Origin: Octopus vulgaris
Taxonomy: Eukaryota
Assembly: GCA_951406725.2 (NCBI GenBank)
Contig: OX597816.1
Coordinates: 160,208,001-160,272,000, forward strand
Direction: 5' to 3'
DNA: 64,000 nt
The notes under the pieces were generated by a model. The model searched no databases, was not told the DNA's origin, and saw nothing but the letters and a program-made list of their open reading frames with translations. Made by a program: the position numbers and the translations under genes. This document shows, in pieces, positions 54,679-64,000 of the stretch (positions within the stretch are counted from its first letter, which is position 1; each line of letters begins with the position of its first letter).

Positions 54679-55016
54679 AAGGCGCATGGCTCAGTGGTTA
54701 GAGCGTTGAGCTTACGATCGTGAGGTTGTCAGCTCGAATCCCGTATCGGGCTGCGTGTTGTGTTCTTGAGCAAGACACTTTACTTCATGTTGCTCCAGTT
54801 AAGTCAGCTGTAGAAATGAGTTGCGACGTCACGGGTGCCAAGCTGTATTGGCCCCCTTGCCTTTCCCTTGGATAACACTGGTGGCGTGGAGAGGGGAGAC
54901 CGGTATGCATGGGCGACTGCTGGCCTTCCACAAACCACCTTGCCCAGACTTGTGACTAGGAGGGTAACTTTCTAGGTGCAATCCCATGATCAGTGTCGTG
55001 ACCGGAGGGGGTCCCG
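54679..55016 (+). mobile_element. tRNA-derived SINE with CORE-like box (related copy near 40315-40537 -)
   Basis: Head ggcgcatggctcagtggttagagcg...tcgaatccc followed by ttgtgttcttgagcaagacacttta. CpG-rich. Confidence 0.85.
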
Positions 55017-55246
55017 AATCATTATTTTATAATAATAATACCAATAATGATAATGATAGTCATGTTGGTTTCAAATTTTGACACAAGGCCAGGATTTTGG
55101 TGTTTGGGACTAAATCAGTAACATGAACCCCAGTATTCACCTCGTACTTATTTTACGAACCCCAACTGGATGCAAGGCAAGGTCAACTTAGGCAAGCCTG
55201 GTGTGCTAATAATTCCATCAGCTTGCCACCTTAAATTAATCATTTG

Positions 55247-55851
55247 TTAACCCTTTGTTACCATATTTCTGCAAGGGCAGTATCAAAAGGGTTAAGAATT
55301 GCTTCTCTATTATATATTTTAACCTTTTTGTTACCATATTTCTGTTGAGATGCTCTGTTTTTCTCTCAATTATTTTAAATATAACAAAGAATTTAGTAAA
55401 ATAACTTAGTTATCATTAAACTATTGTTAGGAGCATTAGTTGTGACTAAGGTTTGGTGGAAGATTTTAATTCAGAACTTATGAAAACAAGACATTTGTAC
55501 TACAGAACCAGAAGCAGTTTCAGACATGTTGGTATCAAAAGGGTTAAATTAATCATTTGTTAACACTTCTGTTACCACATTTCTGTCAGGTTGGTATCAG
55601 AAGGGTTAAGAATTGTTTCTCTATAACCCTTTTGTTACCATATTTCTGTTGAGATGCTCTGTATTTCTTTCAATTATTTAAATATAACAAAGAATTTAGT
55701 AAAATAAATTAGTTATCATTCAGCTAGTGTAAGGAACACTAATTGTGACTAAGGTTTTGGTGGAAGATTTTAATTCAAAACTTATGGAAACATGACATTT
55801 GTAATACAGAGCCAGAGGTGGTTTCAGTTGGGTTGGTAACGAAAGGGTTAA
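55247..55851. mobile_element. Array of piggyBac-type MITEs: (mini about 45 bp + long about 225 bp) x2
   Basis: Four ttaacc(c)ttt.gttacc ... ggta.caaaagggttaa units. The unit of about 313 bp restarts at 55544. Confidence 0.85.
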
Positions 55852-56016
55852 TAATAATAATAATTATTATTTTTGATAAGACTTGAAATACTTGTTTTAT
55901 TGACTTCGAAAGGATGAGAAGTGAAGTCAACATCAGCAGAGTTTGAACTCAGAACATAAAGGTGGATAGATTGCCAGTTAGCATTTTGTGTGCTTACTAT
56001 TTTGCCAGCTACCACC

Positions 56017-56056
<40 letters not shown>

Positions 56057-58309
56057 TGATAATAGTAATATTTTATACCAAACTGCTAAATTACGGGATG
56101 TAAACAGACTAACACCAGTTGTCAAGCAGTGGTGGGAAGATATGCATATAGATACATATACACACACACATACACACTCATGATGGGTTTCTTTCACTTT
56201 CCATCTACCAAATCCACTCACAAGGATTTGGTCAGCACAGGGCTATCGTAGAAGAGTAGAAAACACTTGTCCAAAGTTCCATACAGTGGGACTGAACCCA
56301 GAACCTTGTAGTTGAGAAGCAGATTTCTTACTACACAGCCATGCCTAACTTTTGATAATAACAACCTCTTTTTTTACAAAATTTTTCTAATTTTTTTCTT
56401 TATGATTCATACCTTTAATATTTAATATCTAATGGTCAGAATGGCTGAACTATAACCTTTAGACTAAGACTTAAACAGGTTAGCATGCTAAAAAGCAGCC
56501 TGATGGTTCACATTGGATAATGTATTTTATGTGCTTTCAATCAATATAGAAAATATATAATCAATCTAATAATAAAGAGAGAACCTAGAGTCAAAGGTTT
56601 TGTTATCTGACTTCACAGCTTTGCTCAGGAGACTGTATTTGTGGTTGGAATTGTTCTAGTGATAAATATATTATTATGTTTCATTTTTGAATACTCTGCT
56701 CTAATAATGGTTTCAAATTTTGGCACAAGGCCAGCAGTTTTTTAGGGGTGGGGTTAAGTTGATTATATTGACCCCTGTGCTCAACTGGTACTTTATCGTC
56801 CTTGAAAGGATGAAAGGCAAAGGTGACTTCAGCAGTATTTGAACTTAGGATGTAAAGAATTGGAAGAAATGCCACTAAGCATTTTGTCCAATACACCAAC
56901 AATTCTGCCAGCTTGTTGCCTTATTGTATTCTAATAATCCTTTCTACTAAAGGCACAAGGCCTGAAATTTTGTGGGAGTGGACTATTTGATTACATCAAC
57001 TGCAGCATTTCACTGGTACTTAATTTATCAACTCTGAAAGGATGAAAGGCAAAGTCGGCCTTGGTGGAATTTGAACTCAGAACATCAAGACAGATAAAAT
57101 GCTGCTATGAATTTTGCCTGGGACACTAACGATTCTGCCAGCTCGTCACTTTATTGTATTCTAAAAATAAATGTTATATTGTGTGTTCAGATCAGTGTTG
57201 GAAATACAAAAAGTAAATGTTTTAAAGACCCTAGTGCTAGGTTTAGTTTCATAGCTTGAAATGGATAGATATTTTGTTTCCTGGTATTAGTTTATCACTG
57301 GTTAACACCTCACTATTTCCAACGGCTACAGCACATATATACATATATACGATGGGCTTCTTTCAGTTTCCGTCTACCAAATCCACTCACAAGGCTTTGG
57401 TCGGCCTGAGGCTATAGTAGAAGACACTTGCTCAAGGTGCCACGCAGTGAGACCGAACCCGGAACCATGTGGTTCATAAGCAAGCTACTTACCACACAGC
57501 CACTCCTGCACCCTATGCTAAGTTAAATTTGTAAAAAGTTCTGTTTAGAAATACATATTTAATGCCAGTTATGGATTAGAACCTATGACCAATAAGCAAG
57601 CAGTCCAATACCTTAACCACTTGATCATTGCAACAGAATTGTGTCTTCTGTTAAGTGGTATCAGCTGCTATAGACATTCTTCTAATGATTGTAAACAGTA
57701 TAATATTGACTGTTTGTTTTGCTGTGCTTCACATGCATGTGAGATGGGTTTGGCTGGCTGTCTACCTAGAGCATCTGAATATAGAAAGTTTTTGCTAATG
57801 ATTGTGAATAGCTAAAGCAAGCATAATTGGAAGAAGGTCTTATAACTGAATTCCTTCCTAATGACAGCCACAGCTGTTGAAGGGGACATTGTTGTTTAAG
57901 TCAACAATAGAAAAATGCGAAACTTCGGTGAACTGTACAATTCCTTTGTTTGATGATTCTACAGAAAAAGCAAAACAACAACAATAAACAAACAAGTCAA
58001 ACTAAACAATGGTAAATTGTTTTAATAACTTCTACCTTTAAAATAACTGGAAGCTCATTGTCTTGACAAGTAGAATCAGACCAACAATAATCTTTTGTAT
58101 TATTGCAGCAATACAATACAGAAAATACCTGAATATATTCTCTTGTTTTATGGTTTAGAAGAATACATACAGCAACTGAATAAATTTGGATTACAGGATT
58201 AACTTCATACATCTAGCTTGTTCCATGCATTATTATATATTAGTTTTAATAATGATAATAATTGTCTTAACTGATACATCGCAGCACGTACATAGAGGAG
58301 TATTCAATA

Positions 58310-59713
58310 TCATCATCTTCATCATCATTGTTTAACGACCATTTTCCATGCTGACATGGGTTGGACGATTTTACTGAGGGCTGGTGAACCAGATGACTGC
58401 ACCAGACTCCAATCTGATCTGGCAGAGTTTCTACAGCTGGATGCCCTTCCTAATGCCAACCACTCTGAGAGTGTTGTGGATGCTTTTATGTGTCACCGGA
58501 ACAAGAGCCAGTCAGGCGGTACTGGCAACAGCCACGCTCAAATGGTGCTTTTTATGTGCCACCTGCACAGGAGCCAGTCCAGTTGCACTGGCAACGACCT
58601 CGCTCAATAATGATAATAATAATAATAATAATAGCAATAATAATAATTGTCTTAACTGATACATCACATGTACTTAGAGGAGTATTCATCATAATCATCA
58701 TCGTTTAACATCCATTTTCCATGCTGGCATAGGTTGGATGGTTTGACTGGGGACTGGCAAGCTGGGAGGCAGCACCAGGGTCCAATCTGATTTGGCAAGG
58801 CTTCTACAGCTGGATGCCCTTCCTAACATCAACCACTCTGAGTGTTGTGGGTGCTTTTTATCTGTCACAGGCACAGGAGCTACTCAAGCAGAACTGGCAT
58901 CGACCACATTCGGATAGTGCTTTTTACATGCTACTGGCACAGAAGCCAGTTGGGGTGGGGGGTGGCTGGCATCGCCCACGTTTGAATGGTGCTTTTTATG
59001 TGCAACCAGCATGGGGAGCCATTTTTGATTTTGATTTTTGATTGAGACTCAGTATGTCTCCTCAAGCATGGTGTGTCGCCTGACGATTCAAAGGTACTTT
59101 TTAAATAGGCTCATCATCATCATCATCATCATCGTTTAACGTCCGCTTTCCATGCTAGCATGGGTTGGACGGTTCAACTGGGGTCTGGCAAGCCCGAAGG
59201 CTGCACCAGGCCAGTCAGATCTGGCAGTGTTTCTACAGCTGGATGCCCTTCCTAACGCTAACCACTCCGAGAGTGTAGTGGGTGATTTTATGTGCCACCG
59301 ACACAGGTGCCAGACGAGGCTGGCAGACGGCCACGCTCGGATGGTGTTTTTTATGTGCCACTGACACAGGTGCCAGACGAGGCTGGCAGACGGCCACGCT
59401 CGGATGGTGTTTTTTATGTGCCACCGACACAGGTGCCAGACGAGGCTGGCAGATGACCATGCTCGGATGGTGTTTTCTTATGTGCCACCGACACAGGTGC
59501 CAGACGAGGCTGGCGAACGGCCACGATCGGATGGTGTTTGTTACGTGCCCACAGCACGGAGGCCAGTCGATGCAGTACTGGCTACGGTCACGTTCGGATG
59601 GTTTTCTTATGTGCCACCAGCACTGGTACCACAAGGATACAAATTCCATTGATGTTCATCTATTTTGATTTGGTTTGATTTGATTTGATTTTCACTTGCC
59701 TCAACAGGTCTTC
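58310..59713 (-). mobile_element. Three consecutive family C SINEs; the last (about 59113-59713) is young and has about five 62-bp internal units
   Basis: Three tail/core copies. Unit tttatgtgccaccgacacaggtgccagacgaggctggcagacggccacgctcggatggtgttt. Confidence 0.85.
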
Positions 59714-60163
59714 ACGTGAATTTTCTTTCCTTTTTTACTTTATTTTCTTTGTTTACTTTTTTTATATTTTTTCTTTTTTCCTCTGTCATTCTTCCCCTTT
59801 TTCTTTATCACATGTTTGTAAATGAAAAATCTGGTGTGTTTATTTGAATGGCCTACCAATGTATACAGTGTATACATTTATTTTAATGGCCTACAATGTA
59901 TAAAAGAAACAACTGGAGCATGGTGCAGCTCTCTGGCTTGTCAACTATCAAACTGTCAACCCATGCCAGCATGGAAAATGAGCATTAAATGATGATGATG
60001 ATTTCAGAAAGGTTAAGGAATGAATGTCAGATACAGCAGCCACAGATTAAATTTCATTCTGGTATCTATTTGTATTCCTTTACATTCTGAGTTAAAACTG
60101 ACCAAAGCAACATACCTCCAGAACTTTACTTGACAAAACAACCAGTAAAATGCGGTGATTTAA

Positions 60164-60822
60164 CATTATTTACATTATTTACATTTGATGGATATTTGTC
60201 CTCATTTTGTTTGTTGTTAACACGTTTCAGCTGATATACCCTGTTGGAGGACCAAGGACTAAGTTGAGGACTTTATTTACATTATTTACATTCGACAGAT
60301 ATTTGTCCTCATTTTGCTTGTTGTTAACACATTTTGGCTGATATACCCTCCAGCCTTCTTCAGGTGTCTTGGAGAAATTTCGAACCTGGGTTCTCATTCC
60401 TAAGGTACTTTTCGAAGTTATTTTTATTTATTTATTGCCCACAGGGGGCTAAACATAGAGGGGACAAACAAGGGCAGTCAAAGGGATTAAGTTAATTACA
60501 TTGACCCCAGTGCGTAACTGGTACTTATTTAATCGACCCCAAAAGGATGAAAGGCAAAGTTGATCTCAGCAGAATGTAATGACAGACGAAATACCGCTAA
60601 GCATTTTGCCCAGCGTGCTAATGATTCTGCCAGCTCGCTGCTTGGAATCAAACTCAGAATCTTGGAATTAGTAGCCCGCTCTCTTAACCACTGATGAAGG
60701 CTGGAGGGTATATCAGCTGAAACATTGTGTTAACAACAAACAAGACGAGGACAAATATCCATCAAATGTAAATAATGTAAATAATGTACATAATTCCTCA
60801 TCTCTTAAATATAGAACTGGAT
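60164..60822 (-). mobile_element. Composite tRNA-head/hammerhead element with inverted end, interrupted by a family B SINE (about 60425-60642)
   Basis: TSD ggtgatttaa (60154-60163 / 60823-60832). Hammerhead-like motifs near 60327-60368 (-) and 60691-60730 (+). Confidence 0.75.
60691..60730 (+). ncRNA. Hammerhead ribozyme core (stem I and stem III imperfect)
   Basis: CUGAUGA-A-GGCUG-gaggguauau-CAGCU-GAAAC-AUU-GUGU. Confidence 0.6.
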
Positions 60823-61211
60823 GGTGATTTAATTGAAATATACTGTATGCCACTCTTACAAATATATGGCTTAGTACCATGTACCATACCAATGTTGGAA
60901 ACCTTTATTATTAAATTTCCTTGTATTACATTGCCACCTACCATTTCAATTGATTTGTTAAATAAAAAACAAAATAGTATAATGTTACTGGTGGTAATTG
61001 CTTACTAATCCTGCTAAAGTAATCCAATCACTTCTGGCAAACAGCTGCCTTTCTTGGTTTAGTTCTTCATTCAGGAAAGATTCTACAAGTAGTTAGTGTG
61101 GTGGTGGTGGTGGTAGTGGTGGGGCTTTTTCTCGGAAAAATTTTTTTTTAGAGAATAGTTATTAAATATTTGAAATAATATTTGGTTAAACTGTCTGTAT
61201 TTTTGTTTTAA

Positions 61212-61601
61212 TCTTTATATGTAAAAGTGAAGTTGTGTGTCTGTCTCCTACGATTTAGATTCCTAACTACTCCCACATTTTGCGGTGCAGTGTAACCAAA
61301 AGCGGGTATCTTATAGTCGTGATTCATATAGAGCCTTCATATCGAGCGCGTCTACGATGAGTCTATGATTTAAAAAAAAATTCACCATCATTTTTTCCTA
61401 TTTTTAATGCATTTTTTTGCTATTATATAAGGGAAGTAACTCTCTAAAAATGTATTATTAAATCTCAGACTGTAAAAAGCTACAGTAACACCTCCCTTTG
61501 TGGTTAGCCATATTGAGATGGCTATTATACTTTACATCTCTAAAAATGCTTATATAGTTATTTCCCTTACAAACCCGAGCAACGCCGGGCGATACTGCTA
61601 G
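61212..61601 (+). mobile_element. Non-autonomous Helitron
   Basis: A|TC 5' end, CTAG|T 3' end, subterminal GC hairpin cccgagcaacgccggg (61574-61589) and no TSD. Confidence 0.8.
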
Positions 61602-61717
61602 TATATAATATAATATTTTTATTGTTGTGTAGTAAGTTGCATAGATTTGAAATAATGTCTAGCCAACAGTCTACAACTTGATTACAATTCATAGAAAAAC
61701 GATTTCGCATTACATAT

Positions 61718-62060
61718 AGGTGCAGTTGTGGCTCTGTGGTAAGAAGCTTGCTTTCCAACTACATGGTTCTGGGTTCAGTTCCACTGTGTGACAACATGGG
61801 CAAGTGTCTTCTTACTTTAACCTCAGGCTGACCAAAGCCTTGTGAGTGGATTTGGTAGACAGAAACTGAAAGAACCCTATCCTATATGTATATATGTATG
61901 TATATTTATGTGTGTTTGTGTTTGTGTTTACATGTGTAACCCAGCAGTTCAGCAAAAGAGACTGAGAAAATAAATATTAGATTTTTCTGCTAAAAACGCT
62001 TCAAGGCGGTACCCCAGCATGGCCACAGTTTAATGACTGAAACAAGTGAAGGATAAAAAG
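61718..62060 (+). mobile_element. Family A SINE
   Basis: Colinear with 23885-24272. Confidence 0.8.
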
Positions 62061-62433
62061 TATTATTAGATTATCCAATATAGTTTTAAATGTAATCTTT
62101 CTAAAATAATAGAGTTGATTTAAGAGAAATTTGGTTGCTATTTCTAGCTGGTCAAATGATCACATAGAAACTCCTTTGTTGTTTCTTTGTCTTGTGATGC
62201 CATTGAATCAGAGTCATAGCTTGAACAGTTTGGTTAAAGAAACCTATGAGAGTTGAGAATGACAGAAGTTTATCACCAACTAAGATCTCCAGTGTTACTG
62301 AAAACATTTCAAGAATGAAGTTGGAAGACTGTTGGAGTAGTTCTCATGATAGCTCAGTTAGTAGAGCGGAGGACTGGAGTAAGTCGTTATTAGCTGGAGG
62401 ACTGTTGGAGGACCAAGGACTAAGTTGAGGACT

Positions 62434-62764
62434 TTATTTACATTATTTACATTCGACAGATATTTGTCCTCATCTTGTTTGTTGTTAACACATTTTGGCT
62501 GATATACCCTCCAGCCTTCTTCAGGTGTCTTGGGGAAATTTCGAACCTGGGTTCTCATTCCTAAGGTAATCTTCGATGTTAATATTATTATTATTATTGT
62601 TCAGGTCACTGCTTGGAATCAAACTCAGAATCTTGGGGTTTGTAGCCCGTGCTCTTAACCACTATGCCATATGCCCATGGACATATGAGGACAACAAGAT
62701 GAGGACAAATATCCGTCAAATGTAAATAATGTACATAATTCCTCACCTCTTAAATATAGAACTG
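62434..62764 (-). mobile_element. tRNA-headed, hammerhead-bearing retroposon with inverted partial tail
   Basis: Perfect 13-bp TSD taagttgaggact (62421-62433 / 62765-62777). Minus strand has a tRNA-like head (about 62676-62615), a hammerhead-like motif (62528-62488) and a (tgtaaataa)n tail. Confidence 0.8.
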
Positions 62765-63357
62765 TAAGTTGAGGACTGTTTTGTGCTTCCATACCTGTCT
62801 TGGCAGGATTTCTATGTCAGGATGCCTTTCTTACTATCAACCTCTTTACAATGTTTGCTGGATGCTATATTTACATGGCACCAGCTCTAGTGGGGTTGCT
62901 GAGCAGCTTGCAAGACCAAAATACCCTTTGATGAGGGGTTGGAGTGGAGGCTGCTTTATGCTAGGTGATGAGTGGTCAAATAATGAATGAATGAAAAGGT
63001 CTCTGGAAGGTGGGGTTTCTTGGTATAGAGGAAATACTCAGCTATTGTCATACAAGAGGGGTAAGAGTAATGAGAAGGAAAGATAAAGATTGCAGTGATC
63101 AGGTGTCAAGGTGGGCGCTGGGGGCGCAGAAGAACAAAGAGGGTGGGAGGGTATGGAGAGAGTGTATGGAGAGAGTGAGGAATGGATAGTGATGGGCTAG
63201 TGGTGTGGTTGGGTACAGAGGGGTAAATATACTAAATGGTGAATGATTGAGTGGGGTGGGGGAGGGCATGTCCCTGATGATAAATATGAGTCTGAGGGAA
63301 GGGAAGGGAAAGTAGATGATGACAAGTGATTGGCTGAGGCTGAAGGGTGAAGATGGT

Positions 63358-63470
63358 GTGTGTGCATTTGTGTGTATGTGCATTCACATGTGTGTATGTG
63401 TGTGCATAATATGTGCACACATACATACACACATATACACATGTATATATACATACATATATATGCATAC

Positions 63471-63508
<38 letters not shown>

Positions 63509-63558
63509 TTATGATGATACATATATATGTATATACATATAAATGTATATATAAATAA

Positions 63559-63603
<45 letters not shown>

Positions 63604-63742
63604 ATATATGTATGTATATACATATGTATGTGTGTGTATATATATATATATGTATGTATGTATATACATATGTATGTGTGTATATATATATATGTATGTA
63701 TGTATGTATATACATATGTATGTGTGTATATATATATGTATA
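63358..63742. repeat. Compound (TG)/(GA)/(TA) microsatellite
   Basis: Seen directly. Confidence 0.95.
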
Positions 63743-64000
63743 TTTTCTTCCCTAGGAAATCCAAACCTGAAAACTAGCTATAATTATTTCCCTGAGAACC
63801 TATATTATCTGCAACAAGCCAACTAATATCTGAAACAATACAATATAATTATCCCATGATATCTCTTTGTAGCTAGGATAGAATTTTGTCCTGTCACTCA
63901 GCTTTAATTAGAAATAATGAGGAAAACTGACCTCTAAGATTTTGGTCTTGTAACCCTCTGCCCTTCGAAATAAATAAATAAACTGATAAATAAATAAAGA

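Noticed and set aside
54679-54755. Possible tRNA gene
   Set aside because: No convincing acceptor stem, and it continues directly into a SINE body.
62246-62428. 60-aa ORF in unique-looking sequence
   Set aside because: Short, internally repetitive (ggaggactg) and without a recognisable motif or splice signals.
63110-63360. G-rich tract as a functional G-quadruplex
   Set aside because: Ordinary purine-rich low complexity with no evidence of function.

Overview
AT-rich, repeat-saturated eukaryotic DNA. The SINE families and dense (TA)n/(CA)n/(AAT)n/(CAT)n microsatellites suggest an octopus or other coleoid cephalopod (inference from pattern recognition, not a search). I see no intact protein-coding gene: almost all listed ORFs are translations of microsatellites or SINEs. 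The window holds dozens of tRNA-derived SINE copies, LINE fragments (RTE, Tx1-like, R4/Dong-like), a decayed piggyBac (PGBD4-like) transposon, TTAA-, hAT- and Tc1/pogo-type MITEs, a non-autonomous Helitron, minisatellites, a near-identical 1.4 kb tandem duplication and one weak non-coding exon candidate. The most interesting signal is a set of short elements carrying minimal type-I hammerhead-ribozyme folds of the kind known from Penelope-like elements, in at least three sequence families. One family joins a tRNA-derived Pol III head to the hammerhead and appears to have carried 32 bp of flanking DNA to a site about 2 kb away. Every hammerhead copy here deviates from the canonical core or stems, so none is claimed to be active. 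Coordinates were counted by hand and degraded boundaries are approximate.
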